Assembly: GCA_030704615.1 (NCBI GenBank)
Contig: CM060733.1
Span: 34,286,001-34,350,000 of the forward strand
From: Takakia lepidozioides
Taxonomy: Eukaryota > Plantae > Bryophyta
DNA length: 64,000 bases
Direction: 5' to 3'
The stretch's first letter is position 1. Each line of letters opens with the position of its first letter. A program made the position numbers and the translations under genes. Below are positions 1 through 13,713 of the stretch, piece by piece. Below the pieces are notes generated by a model. That model did no database searches. It was given only the letters and a program-made list of their open reading frames with translations, and was not told where the DNA came from.

Positions 1-643
1 TAAGCACTCCATAGCCTTTGCCAAGCTCCTGAAACCCTAAGGCTTACATTTCCAGCCACAAGACACTTCTCTTGTGGTGCAAGAGCTCTTCTTCCAAGCT
101 CTGAAACCCTAGGTGCACATTCCATGGCCTTGCCGCACCTCTTAGCTCATGTTCCAGCCCTGCTCTCGCCATGACAAGAGCCCTCTCAATGCTGAAGCTT
201 GAGATTGAAACCCAATCTCACCATACTCCACAAAGTGCACTGATTTGCCCCAAGCCAAATCAGCCCTTTCGCTTGGTCTTGCAATCCTTCACACAATGAA
301 AGCTCGCATTCCCAAGTCCAGTTCTCAGCTTTGCCACCAAAGCCACTATAACCTGCTCTTGACTGGTCCTCTTCCCAATCGTGCTTGTTCATGCATGTAC
401 ACAATCTGAAACCATCAAGGTGCTCTGGAATTACCTGCAGTATGGTGCTTTCATCTCTGAAGCTGAAGATCGAATGCCAAGGTTTACCACCTCGTAACCC
501 ACATCGCCTCCGCTTCTAACAACCAAGAGCTCCACGGTGCTCCTTGCATAACAACTTGATTTCTCTCATTCTCAAGCAAAAACCACAAGTGCTACAACTA
601 ACTCGTATCTAGCACTCATAGATACGAGCTGATCTTTCTCGAG

Positions 644-960
644 TGATAAAGAAGAAGAATACAAGCACGAGCTCACAAATCTGAAGCATAAACTCATGCA
701 TATATAACCTCATCACTCAAATACAAGTCAAACCAAGTGCACCCCACGCCATGGGGAATCCACACTACGGCGCCATAGCTAGGCGCGGTGAGGCTCAACT
801 CGAGAAAGATGAGCCTTCCGCGCTTGCCGTGAAGATAACCACTCCAGGGCCTAAATCTGCCTTGACCCCTGGATTGACACTTGGGCCAATCCCAAATGTC
901 AATATGTAAAAGCTAGCTATTTCCTAGCTAGTTTCACACTAGTGGTAAAATAACTTGACA
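644..960 (-). repeat. LTR-like segment B (starts TGTCAAG on - strand); inverted copy at 2226-2552
   Basis: 644-960 is the near-exact reverse complement of 2226-2552 (tgtcaagttattttaccactagtgtg...cttctttatca). Confidence 0.8.
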
Positions 961-962
961 GT

Positions 963-2225
963 TGTCGTGTGCATACATATCGCTACACAACTACATCGCT
1001 GTCCAAAACCACACAACACATGTGCACGCCACACACTAGTATATTACTAGTCCACCACTAGTCCAGCCACTAGTCCAACCACTAGGCTACAACTAGTCAG
1101 TCACTAGGCTGTCACTATGCTGCCCACTATGGCAGTCACTAGTCCACACAATCGCCCCCCTAGCTAGTGCTTAGGTCCCTCTAAGTCCAGGTAGACACAA
1201 GATGTGATAGTGACCATAGCCTCACTAAGTCCTCCACCACTATCCCTACTACACTCAAACTCGATAGATCAAGAGGCCGAGTGCAAGAGTTGCCCCATCG
1301 TTAGTCGCCGTCTTGCAACCTGTGAACTTGAGCTTGGGATCTCATGTATTGACTCCTATGAGCTTGGCCTCCCATGTCTTGTTAGCTGCCTCCAGTCATG
1401 TCCACTGCCACTATCCCAAGCAGTGTGGACATAACCAATCTCCATCAGGAACCCTCTCAAGAGGTGGTGTCAAGCATCCCATGTGCCAACCTCTTGAGCA
1501 TCGATCACACACCAGCATAGTGGCGGCACCACGAGCATGCCCACATAGCATGCAACGCAATCCTGCAGGTACCACTGCAAGGTTGGGATCTATCATCCCA
1601 TCCACATGTGGAAGGTGACATGGCGCACAATTACGCACATGGTCCTTCCATACCATGTCATCTCGACCCTTCAGAATCAACACTCCTGAAGACAACACCT
1701 CCATGACCCTTAGAATCACACGTCCTGTTGTGACATCCAAGGTCGTAGACGTTGTCTGCTGCAGATACACAGAGTCCCCAGGGTGGAAACGCCAAACACC
1801 TGGCCGATATCCCCCTCCACGTATAGTGACATACCTCAATGTGTCTCGGTGTTGGGCAATAGCAAGATTCTCAAAAGCCATAGGCATGACTCTCTTGAAC
1901 AACTCTGCCTGCTGGGCACATGCTTGTGTCTACACATCCGGATCATCAAGGTTGAGGACTACTGCAGCCTCCTTGCGAGTAGACGCAGGCCAATCTGACT
2001 CTCGGCCAAAGAGAAGGAAATATGGTGAGAAGGAGGTAAGTGATGCTTGCTTGCTAAACCTGTAGCCCATGGTTAGCCAAGGTACCTGAAGATCCCAATC
2101 TCCTAGGTTTCTTTTTTGCAAGCCATACTTGCGCAAACCCCTCTTCACCGTCTGCACCACTCTCTCTGCCAAGCCATCGGCCTCAGGATGATCCCGAGAA
2201 GTGGTACGGTGGTCTATCAAGGCTT
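963..2225 (-). mobile_element. 3' fragment of a Ty3/Gypsy LTR retrotransposon: integrase, C-terminal PHD finger, PPT and ~188 bp 3' LTR
   Basis: ORF 1930-2220 (HPEADGLAERVVQTVK...W...SPYFLLFGR) is an integrase core. ORF 1411-1902 ends in the PHD motif CxxC...CDRC...HxxC...WLCPHC. On the - strand a G-rich PPT (1153-1160) is followed by a TG...CA LTR at 1150-963. Confidence 0.8.
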
Positions 2226-2740
2226 TGTCAAGTTATTTTACCACTAGTGTGAAACTAGCTAGGAAATAGCTAGCTTTTACATATTGACATTTGGGATTGG
2301 CCCAAGTGTCAATCCAGGGGTCAAGGCAGATTTAGGCCCTGGAGTGGTTATCTTCACGGCAAGCGCGGAAGGCTCATCTTTCTCGAGTTGAGCCTCACCG
2401 CGCCTAGCTATGGCGCCGTAGTGTGGATTCCCCATGGTGTGGGGTGCACTTGGCTTGACTTGTATTTGAGTGATGAGGTTATATATGCATGAGTTCATGC
2501 TTCAGCTTTGTGAGCTCGCATGAGCTTGTGCTTGTATTCTTCTTCTTTATCATTGTGTGGACTAGTGACTGCCATAGTGGGCAGCATAGTGGCAGCCTAG
2601 TGACTGACTAGTTGTAGCCTAGTGGTTGGACTAGTGGCTGGACTAGTGGTGGACTAGTGATATACTAGTGTGTGCGTGCACATGTGTTGTGTGGTTTTGG
2701 ACAGCGATGTAGTTGTGTAGCGATATGTATGCGCACGACA
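2226..2740 (+). repeat. Inverted, order-permuted copy of segment B (2226-2552) plus LTR A (2554-2740)
   Basis: 2554-2740 is the reverse complement of 963-1150, and 2226-2552 is the reverse complement of 644-960. Confidence 0.8.
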
Positions 2741-4637
2741 TCACCAAGACTGACACGCAAGCCCTAGCGAACGAACGACGCCATAATTTATCGCCAGCTC
2801 TCCCCAACGAGAAATAAACCCCTAGCGGCTAATCTCGGACCACATATATTGATAATTGTTTTGGTCTGGAAATTACGAAATTACGTGGTTTCAAATTAAT
2901 TTAGTGGATGTAGTAAACACATAAGTGTAACACGAAAATGTAACACGTGGATTGACACCTGTCAAATGTGCCGAGCACAAAAAGAAAAATCTTTTATAAA
3001 TGAAGTGTAAAAGCTGCACAAGGACTCTCGGTGGTTGCATTGGCATCTGGGTCTGGGGTTCAAACCCCTGTGCTGCCTTCAAGCCTGGAGGCTGTGGCTC
3101 TAGGTTATGGTGGGAAAAAAAAAACCATTGGCTAAGAGATCTCCGCGTGAATGACACGTGTTGATGACACACAAGTCTCTTTGAAAACTGCTCCCCGACT
3201 TTGACCATCTTCTGGATCAAGGGAACTCCTTTATAAGCGACTATGAGTTCAATCCCACCCAACTTATAAATGGGGTCGATGATCTCCTAATGTGTGAAGG
3301 TGCACCAACTTTTGAGTCATTGAGACTGGGACGACAACGACCGTTACAAGATGTCCAAAAAAGAATAGTCTGTGTTTACCTGTCAGTAGCTCAGAGGGTT
3401 GGGTATGACACTGCGGTGCGTTTGGGTTCGAATCTTGCCAACCTTGTTGGGTGTGGTATAATATACCCTTCCCTTGGGCGAGTCTTGTGCTTGACGAGGT
3501 TCTTTTTCTCCTCTCACTATAATTAAGGGTCTGATTTGTGAGCAAACGAATGGTTGTTTCCCTTTTCGATAAAAACAAGCCTCAAACGGCAATGGGCAGC
3601 AATGGGCTCTTGCTTTAGAGAGGGAGGTAAGACAAAGGGTATGGAATACCAAATGCCCATGTAATCACCTATCATCTACAACCCTCGACAAATCATCTAC
3701 GACCCCCACTAAATCAACCACTAGTGGTTTTAGATGATTTATTGATGGTTGATTTAATGGGCAAATGGTATGCGTAATCCATTCCCGTACATTGAATTGT
3801 GATTCCCATTATAATCTTTTGTTACCTTAAAATTTATATGTAAATATGAATCCTACAACAAGTGTTATTGTAACGAAAATACTATGATTATTCATTATTC
3901 TTAGTGCATGAATTGACGAGGGATTATGCAATCAATTTTATTGCTTCAAAATAACATTGACGTACATGTCAAACTTACGTGATCGTCTTCTTTTTTTCTC
4001 TTCTCTATCTTCCACCATTTTTTTCTTCATAGACTATATATCCTAGTATACTTCTTTAACTTATATACAACTATCTTCTGTAATTGACATGATTTCTCAA
4101 TGCTGATACATTATTGTGTTTCAATATATTTGTTATAAAAAAATAATTTGCAACATATGATATAATGTAAATCAACTAACCGTAATGTAGGATATTAATC
4201 ATTCTATTATTTTGCATGTGATGTTAATAAGCTAGAATAAGTGTAAACGGCCTAAAAACAAATGCTATGAAATATGAAATATGAGGTGTATTTTTTTCCA
4301 AAATATTATTATCTAAAGCGTATTTTCAGTCAGGGACAATCAATTAACTTATATTCCCTCTATGATCCCGATTAAGTAAATATATTTTCAGTTCTAAAAT
4401 TGTATCTTTCAATGTACTTAAAACCATGTATGCAAAAAGAACATTAGAGTACAAATGATTTATAGCCGTTTAGGTAATGTAAAAGTTCAGTTGACCAATT
4501 TGAAGTCATTTGGTTAAACTCCGCAAAGAAAAAGCACACAATAATAACAAGTGACATGTTGTCATTTGCAACATTTTTGTTCGTGATGTTGATTGTTTAT
4601 ATAAGTACATAAATGTATTAATTATACATATATACAC

Positions 4638-5114
4638 CAGTATTGGACTAGTATATAGGTGAAGGACTGGTATATGCACCGGTATTAGATACGAGACCAG
4701 TCTGGTATCATTTGGGAGAATACTTGGTCATATACCTAGACCAGGCTGGTATCAGTTTTTTCATACCATCCACAATACCAGTACTCCCACACCGTCTTCC
4801 TCATTTACTCTGGTATGTATATTGAATTAATTTATGTGTACATATGCCTATATTTGTATTGAAGTATATTTACTTCTTTTATGTATATTATTATTTGTTT
4901 TCACTTGATACTTGCCATTTGATAAATTTGTAACTCAATATGGCTTTGGAATGATACCAGAGTTGATATCGCGTACCAGCTGGTATTGTGGTCATTATGC
5001 TCATATTCATACCAGTATTTGGGAAAAAAATACATCCACCATTATATAGACCAGACTGGTATGAAAATTTTGTGATACGTCTGGAACCAGGACCAGTCTG
5101 GTATGTCAACATAG
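4638..5114. mobile_element. Non-autonomous hAT-like MITE (copy 1), rich in ACCAG/CTGGTAT motifs
   Basis: Highly similar over ~450 bp to 42201-42681. Begins CAGTATTGGACTAGTA. Confidence 0.65.
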
Positions 5115-8100
5115 AAATGAAATTTAATGCAATAAATAAATAAATAAAATTTGAATTATTTTGTAATATTGGTGAATATTCAATGTGAAATCATGGAATA
5201 ACCTTGAATGGACCAGTAGGAGGTACTATTTTGAACAGCAAGTACACTTTGTCGGGAGCCAAAGGTGCCCAAAAAGTGTGCATCCTCTTTCACTTTAGTG
5301 ATTAAACAACATAGTAACATGGACCATGTCAACTAACATAACCATTTATTGACCTTAAAGTAACCTCCCACCTTAAAGAAAACGGAGCTCAAGGTCCATT
5401 TGGATTAAACTCAATCTTGATCGTTGATCTAGGTGAAACTCAATTGGGATCGTGATCACGGAATGTGATCCCCTGATCCTACATGTTAGGATTCATTCTT
5501 TCTGTCTCGACTTGATAATGCTCTCAACATGCGCGCCGGTGGTTATTAACTTGTCCATTAAGTGGTGTCATCATGATCATGTATGAGTTAAAAGGGTTCA
5601 TTGGAGTTCCATTGTGGCCCACCAACATGACCTAATTTGGACCACTTGTGATCAAAGCACCTTTTAAAGATGGCATATGGTTAGTTTTATGTATTTTTCT
5701 AGGGGTCCGTTTTGGGTAGCGCTCCATTTTAGGTGTTTTTACCTTATGCTAATAGGAGGTTATATATAAGCCTTAAGGTCTTCTTGGTTATATGATATGC
5801 TTATAAATGATCTACATAATATTGGGGGGTACATGTACTTTCAAAAAATAAAAATTGAATTGTTAAGTCTTGTATGTATTTATGAATGATGCTATATATT
5901 ATTTTATATTTGATCTGTCACATCCATGTGATTTTTAACTGAAAATATTTTATTGCATATCTAATAATACAAAGCATCCAACTTTTACGAGTATAATATT
6001 TCAAACATTTTATAAGTGGCATGTTATCGTTTGAACTTTGAAATACATTTGTTCATTCTTTATTTAAGTACAGAAATGTAAGCATTATATATCTATACAT
6101 CATCTATAAATCGTACATCCTATGCATAGGTTACTCATAGTCTTATTGAATTCATGGGATATACATAAATGATCTATATAATAATAGCAAGTGCTTGTAG
6201 GGAATGAATATTAGATTATGAAATCTTATCTGTATTTTAAATTAAAATTCTTCATTTTCTGAAATTCGATCTCCCACATCCATGTACGGTGATTTTTGCT
6301 TAGAAATAACTTAGTGCCCGACATTGAAAATATTCTACTTATGAGACTCTGTACACATAAATGATCAATATAATAATAGAATATATATTTAAAGAATATT
6401 GAACACTTAAATTGTGATATTTTATCTGCATGTGTTATAGAATAGATTTTAATTCGATCTGTCACATTTTTGTGATTTTTTAATTCATAATATTTTATTG
6501 CATATCTGATAATACAAAAATTCTAAGGATTACAAATAAACTAGAAAACTATAGACTATACATCCACACATGATATTAGATCCAATTGTTCTTTAAATAT
6601 CAACAAAATATTATGTTATAATCCAACTTTCTTAAAGATAGTGTCTCGTCATATTTGAATTATCCAAATGACATGTATACATGTACATATATGTATTTAT
6701 ATATATACATACATACACACATACATTTGCATCCACGCGCAGGGAGAATCCTTCAGTATGCTATCCTAAAGCTATGGATTTTAAGTTCATATCCTAGAAA
6801 TCACAACATTTCAATATCGCAAAGCGAAAGAATAGCATGGATGTGTTTCAAATATAAAAATGTTTAGGCGGCCTTGGAGAAGTGGCTTAATAAGGAAGTT
6901 TGGTATGAACAGATAAATCCAATACTATAATCTCTTCTCCCATTGTGCTTTTGGTTAATCCATTTCAGTGAAGCATAATTTGACAGTAAAATACCCATGT
7001 ATTTTATCACAAGTGATAGATAAGGCAGATAAACAGGTTTAGTTAACGGTCGAAAATGGCAACATGACCACTATTCCAACGGCATGTCCGAACACACGAG
7101 ACTTTGCAGTATTATTCATACAGGTAATGGCCCCTGAACTATATCACCCGCTAAATTGGTTATTGTTGTTGCAACTCTCATCTTTGCACTTCCAGAGATT
7201 GATTATGTCCAAACATTCTATTAGTGCAAGGATTTCATCTATTTGCCAACTTCTCCATAACACGAAAAAAAAATATCAGAATATCACCATAAGATAGACA
7301 AGAGATACTGATTGCGTAATCAGAAGTACCACATGATTTCTCTCATAGTAAATGAATGAGCTCGTTATTGTTGATGAAAGAAACTGTCAGGAAATGGGGA
7401 AAGTAAAACCATGAAGGATCTGACTTACATCTTGGTAGATTACATGTAGGTGTTTGTGGTTTTAGGTTCCCATTCTTTTGTTAAAGAGTCGGGGCATCAT
7501 TTTCCAATGCAGTGCTCTCAACTATTGACAATTGAAGGTTACAACATCCCCGCGTCCGTGCGGGTGTGCGCGCCCTGTCTCGCACGCGCGACATAAACTC
7601 CCAATTATTCAAAAATGAGAGGCATTGACATGTATGTTTAGGTGCTACGAGTTGCAACGTTGGATACTGATCTTAGGATTAACATTGAGAGGTGTTGGTG
7701 CTTCTTCCTAGCGTGGGCATATTATGGTTAACCACCTTGGTCTCACATCTGGCTAGGCTATTGGCTAGTAGCTACTAACATTTGGTGACAGGTGGGTCAT
7801 AGATATATTGACAAAGGATGAGTTACATACCATTATCAAGGTTGTTTAGATCGGTCAAACACCATGGTTAGCTTTTGGGAGAACAATAAATTTAACAAGG
7901 TCTAGTTTCTAAGTTTTCCTATGCTTGAAGTTATGTTCAAATGTCTAGAGGAGACAATTGGTTTGGAGAAGTTTATTTTTTTTGTACTCTTCTTTTTATC
8001 ACAAGACCATCTTTATGTCTATTACATTATTTGTACTCACTACTATTTTATAGAAACTAAAGTTATGTTATATTTATTTCTTGCAAAACTTTATTCCCTT

Positions 8101-8906
8101 TTTTTTTCCCTCCAATAATCCCAAACAAAATTAATCTCAGGGCCACTGTCCCCTGTCATTAAAAAAAATAAAATCCCTCCTTTTGTCCTCAATAATAGAA
8201 TACACTAGACACAGAACGTGAGCTGAATGCAAACATGGGGAGACGGGATCTCGCCCTTGGCGGGTCCATAGTCAAATCCCCTCAGCCACGCCTTGTCTCT
8301 AATTTAGAATAAAATATTGAAATTGAGAATGGTAAAAGGAAGTTCTGGGTAGCTTGGTGATTGGATGCATAGATTGATATTGTAGGGGTATGGGGTTCAA
8401 ACCTTGGCCAAGATGTGGTTCAAGTTGCATGTTCAATGATTTGAAAACATTAGAATATATATATATATTTCAATCTCCAAAACATTTCTAATTAGTCATG
8501 TTCCTAATTGTCGCTCCCCTATTCCCACATGTATACCACTCCACTATAATTACTGCTCCTTATAAATGCTTCCACCTCCCTATGTTATTGCTCCGCCGCT
8601 CCTTGTGTTCGTGCTCCCATGTTACTACTCCCGCCCCCAGTGTTACTACTCCCCTAAAAGGAGGGAGCAGAAAGCCATAACAAGGGAGTAGTAACACATA
8701 AGGGAGCAATAATAAGGGGAGCGGGGGCCCAACGGGAACAGAAGCATCAGGAACAAGGGAGGAACATGGAGCATATGACCTAGGAGGGGCGTGAAGCAGG
8801 AGGGGACAAGGGCGTTTCTGGAACATCTCCCACTTTGAGACCTACTTTCAGATCTGGTGAGATCCCGACAGTTTTTTTGAGTGCTTGAGACTGATCACCA
8901 GGAATC

Positions 8907-10655
8907 ATGCCTTCCCTGGGGCCGCCGCCATCCCATGCTTCTATGCAGTTTCTCAATTCAGTTCTTTCCCAAAGGGGTCCGAATGCCCTCCCCTATGTGG
9001 AAGATGACAAGTGGTCCATACGCCAGCATCTCGTGACTGTCATCCAGGATTTTCCAGGCCTTCAGGTCAGAATTGTATTCATCAAATGAATTTGCATCCA
9101 TCTTTCAATCCTTCAAAAGTACGAGTTGTCATTAGTGAAGGCTTTTAACGGATTTTCTCCTTATCTCAGTTCGAGTTGATTGTGTGTTCTTAGTGGAGTG
9201 GAGACTCGCAGCGGAATCTTCCGAGTCTCCATACCCGCCTCTCTTTTTCATCTCAACCCCATCCGAATTAGGTTTCTCTTCTCATTACGACTTGTAAGGT
9301 AAATTTCTTCTCGTCCCAAATCTTCTTGCACCAGCGAAATTGGTCATTGGATCTTTGGCCACCAGGATTGGAAAGTTAGTCTTCGTTGAGGTTAGTTTCA
9401 AACCTTTGATCACAGGACTAACATGACTGTCATCAATACGCCTGCAGGTGAAGACTGCTGTGTTCACACACAATGATGGGCGAAGCAGCAACCTGTTGCA
9501 AGCAGATGGAACCATCCCTATGTACTACCAGGATGTAAAATACAACATTCCTGTTACTATGTGGCTCCTGGAGGCTTATCCTCGCAATGCCCCTTTAGTT
9601 TATGTGACACCAACTCGGGATATGATAATCAAGCCACGACATCCCTATGTGGATGCTTCAGGAATGGCATCTGTGCCCTACTTGCAGCAATGGGTATATC
9701 CACGGTCAAACCTTGTTGAATTGGTACAAAATCTCTCTCTTCTGTTTGGCCAGGATCCGCCTCTCTACTCAAGGCCAGCTCCATCACCATCACCATCACC
9801 ATCACGGCCACCTCCACCTCCTCCTCCCTTTCAAGGTATGAATCCCATGCACACGGGTGGTGCAACGGCCGCAGTCCAAACCCCACCCGCCCTGACTGCA
9901 TCTTCAGGCTCTCTCTCGAACCAGCAGCAAGCACCTCCAAGACTGTCATACCCACCATACTCCCAGCTGCCCCCTTCCCCGCAGCATTTGATTCGGACTG
10001 AAGACCCCTCAGAGGTATTCAAAAGAAATGCGATGAATTCACTCACAGACCGGCTCCATCGTGACACCACAGCGCTAATGCGAGAGCAGGAGGCAGAGAT
10101 GGATGGATTATTCAATACGCAGGTACAACCATCATTTCTACTGGAATTCTGTTACTATTGACCTGCAATTATGTAGCTCATCACATGATCCAGTTTATCT
10201 AATTCTGCCTGTGTACTCTTCAATGGCTGCAGGCACTACTAAACCAGAGAGCTGAACAGCTTGAGAAGGGTGTGCGTGAGATGGTACAAGAGAAGGAAGC
10301 CCTGGAGCAGCAGCTACAACTGACCCTCACTAACACCGATGTACTTGAAACGTGGCTTAATGTCAATGATAAAGGAATGACCGATATAAACATTGACGAG
10401 GTCTTTGAACCTTGTGATGTGCTCTCCAAGCAGATGCTAGAGTGCACAGCAGCTGACTTAGCAATTGAAGACATACTGTACTCGCTTGATAAGGCTGCCC
10501 AAGAAGGTGTCGTACCTGTTGAGGCCTATCTTAAGCATGTGCGGGCACTTTCCCGTGAGCAGTTCTTTTTCCGTGCTTCCACTGCCAAGGTGCGTGCTGC
10601 TCAAATGTCTTCGCAGATTGCGAGCATGGCTGCACGGGCTCCTTATATTTCATAG
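8907..10655 (+). CDS. ELC: ESCRT-I subunit VPS23/TSG101 (ELC-like), 3 exons, ~418 aa
   Basis: Exons 8907-9065, 9448-10122 and 10233-10655 with phase-0 GT-AG introns. UEV domain (GTIPM.Y....YNIPV.MWL...YP..AP.V.V.PT.DM.IK..HP.VD), Pro-rich linker, coiled coil and C-terminal steadiness box (DLAIED.LY.LDKA...YLKHVR.LSREQFF). Confidence 0.95.
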
Positions 10656-10721
10656 CGAGACGGCTTTCTGGATGTGGTGACACAGAGAGAATGTACTCAT
10701 GAGACGGTGTTTGCCGTAGCC

Positions 10722-10723
<2 letters not shown>

Positions 10724-10754
<31 letters not shown>
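10724..10754. repeat. (GA)n microsatellite in the probable ELC 3' UTR
   Basis: About 15 GA units read directly. Confidence 0.9.
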
Positions 10755-10756
<2 letters not shown>

Positions 10757-11696
10757 TTTGATAGTGAACCCCTCATAGAGCATGAGGTTTGGGGGATTCT
10801 AAGCTTTCAAAGTCGTTAGCATGTGGGTTGGGGCAGTTGTTGCCTCTAGGTAGGCTTTTTGGTTTATCGGAGTAGGAGGGAGTGAAGTTCTTTTTCAACT
10901 GACAGGGAAGAGATCGGTCTGCTGTGTCGAGGAGTGGAAGTTGGGCTCAAGCCTATTGGGCGTGGTGAAGATGAGTTATTGCTCATCCCCTCCCCCTTCT
11001 CATTTCCAAGCTTCCAAGTTGCTTTGGATGTCTCTTGGCAGCATGCCAGGAGCTTTCTTCTAGTTGTTTCAGTTAGTGGCATCATCAACCGTTTCAACAT
11101 AGGGATCACAATTGTATACTGATTAGTTGGAGGGAGAGAATGGAGATGTACGAATTATATTTTGCATGCAGTAGCTTGGTACACAGCTTGGAGTGGCACA
11201 CAGAGAGATTTTTTCAGTATATGCACTTCAGAAAAGGAGGTCCAATTGGCCCCACCTCCGTTTAAATAACAGTGATCTCTGAGGGTACAGCTTTCTCTTC
11301 CAAGAATTGAGTAGGCTGTTGGTCTGGGCTGCTTCAATGGCTTGCCTGTGTGAAGACAGACGTGGTTGTATGTGTGCTGAAAGGTTTTAAGGGCACCGCA
11401 CACAGAAGTAAACGGGAGGAAAACCTTGTCCAGTTGAGGTGCAAAAGATTTTCCGAAGGTCGTATCTGAGAAATTGAACCTCTTTTTTCTTTGTTGAACT
11501 TATGCATGGAAACAAATGCTTTCAGGCCTTCATATCTGTGCAAGTATGTTCCCAAGAATCGACAGGGGAAAAGAAAGAGTGATACCAGTAGGAGCCAGCA
11601 CAGGATAGACTACTGCCTGTTTGACCTGTTCATGCTATTTTAAAGTGAAGGTAGGGGTTACATGGACGGATCAACCCATTGTCATGCAGCTGGCAC

Positions 11697-11966
11697 CAGT
11701 GTTTGTTTTATTGGCGAAAAATCGCCAAATGGCGACCCCAAAACATTAAAATTAAATATTCTGTCCCAATTTTCTCATGGATGAAATCGCCAAACTTCTA
11801 CAAGGAAAAAACTAATAATGAATGAATTCGCCAAATGTGGATGACATAAATGGATGAAAGTACATAGGAGGATGATTCTATCCAAATTTTCAATGGATGA
11901 ACAGAATATATAGCTATTTCTTGTAGCCACTCGTGCTATTTTTCAAATTTAAGAGAAAAATCACTG
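11697..11966. mobile_element. hAT-like MITE
   Basis: CAGTG...CACTG termini flanked by an 8-bp near-duplication, gctggcac / gccggcac. Confidence 0.6.
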
Positions 11967-12025
11967 GCCGGCACTGTGTCTACCATGTTTTGCAACCTCC
12001 AACTGAGGATAAAATGTCCATGGAA

Positions 12026-12664
12026 CCCTTAAACGCCATGTAGCCCGTTTCGGGCTTTTGGGTTTAAGAAAATCTGAATAATTTTTTGCATTCTCCATGG
12101 AATTGTGTGAAAAACAAATATAGTGTTCTTGGGCACCTGGCACACCAAGATTCATTGCCCGATTGCCTCGGATCTGCCAAGTTGCAAAGAGGTCTCATCA
12201 CGCAAGCAGGGTCACGATTTGATAAAGGTAATTCTCGTTGCTTCATTCTTCACACGTGTGTGAGAGAGGGAGAGAAACATGGGATTTTCCCAGGTTTGAC
12301 CAAGTGGCAACATCACATGCATTGGCCAAATTGGATACTTTTTGGCTTGTTGGATGAGGGATCTCAAGAGGATGAAACCCTGCTAATTTCCCATTTGATC
12401 CCGTCACTCAAATCTTTGAAAAATTACCAAAAATGGATATGTTTCTAAAAAGGGCCACAATAATGGGGCCCACATTCAACGGCGGCATTTTGTGGATCTG
12501 GGGTTGATTGGCCTCAAATTCGGCAGGTGGATGCAGGAGGAAGGTACGCACCTAATGTGCGGTCAAGTTCTTTAAAAAGTTAATTTTCTGAAAGTTACAC
12601 CTTTCTTCACTTAAGGGGTCATGTTTTCTGAAAAAATCAAACTATGGCACTGGGCGTTTAAGGG
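12026..12664. mobile_element. piggyBac-like non-autonomous element
   Basis: TIR CCCTTAAACGCC...GGCGTTTAAGGG. TTAA on the right flank; GGAA (degenerate) on the left. Confidence 0.55.
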
Positions 12665-13190
12665 TTAAAGAACCAGCTTTCCTATGTGCATACTCCTGAT
12701 GTGTGTACGTGAGCCTTATGTGAGGCCACGGAAAAACTGGTAGTAATGCTTATGACTCACTTTACCCTGGTGGCCTTGAGAATCTTAAGAAGTCCAGCAA
12801 TACTACAGACCCAGTAGGTAAAATGCAGTGTTGAAGAAGTTGCATAGTGTGGGCACTGATACTATGTCCCTTTTTGTGTATGAAAGAAAGACGCCGGAAG
12901 ATTGAACATGACACAAGGGAATGTGTGGACACCAAAAATATGTGTAAGGGTAGTGAGCTTCACTCTGCAACTCAATTGCAGACTTGCTGAATCATTTGCT
13001 GGAATGTACACTATTATACAACTTTACTCCGAAGAATATGATAAAAAACTGTGAACGTAAGTAACTCAATTCTACATCTACATGACTGACTCGCTACGTA
13101 CTAACTGTGTGCTCGAGGGTAGTAGTGAAGATACCCTTCTCCGTGCACATATATTGTTCCACGACGGTTTGTAGGGACTGATCGCATCTC

Positions 13191-13622
13191 TTAAGTATGT
13201 GGATATCTCTGATCTAGAGTAGTGCATATGGGCGCTCCGGTTGGAGACAGACCCTGAAGCTCATTACTTGCTCCAATCTTGTTGCCGTTTGTAGTATTGA
13301 TGGCCATAATCTCCTCGTCGCTATCGTTTCCCCCAGACATGTCTTCCAACGTTCTCTGATTTGTTTCAGGCACAAGGAAAGTGCAGAAGAACCCCAAGGC
13401 ATTGCAAGCTGCCAATATAGCTAACGAATTTCGGACACCAATGCCCTTGCCATATCCAGGTGGACGGTGGTCACGAGAAGGATCCTGAGCAGCGAACAGG
13501 AAAATCAAAGCCCCCGCAATGGCCCCAGCTTTTCCAGCTGCTGCAGATATTCCGTGGCAAGTAGACCGCAACCTAGCAGGGAACAACTCAGCCGGAATGA
13601 TGAAGGTCGTGCTGTTTTGTCC
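13191..13622 (-). pseudogene. PHT1: 3' part of a PHT1 phosphate transporter gene, inverted relative to its 5' part
   Basis: Reads (G)[33 protein letters not shown]...LVPET..TLE, which is the C-terminal region of PHT1. Confidence 0.9.
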
Positions 13623-13713
13623 AAAGATCGATTTCGTTGTGTACTGATGGGAGAAACTCTGGGAGAAAGCCTGGATTGATTTTCTTGTAGATGAGACATA
13701 AACCTGAAGCTAA

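Noticed and set aside
5900-6530. Partial AT-rich repeats (gatctgtcacat...ttattgcatatct)
   Set aside because: Short and degenerate, with no definable element ends.
8345-8412. tRNA-like A/B boxes (also GGTTC.AA motifs near 3057 and 3424)
   Set aside because: I could not build a convincing cloverleaf. At most these are SINE remnants.
9647-9841. ORF with a poly-His run
   Set aside because: It is an alternative frame of the (CCATCA)n repeat encoding PSPSPS in ELC.
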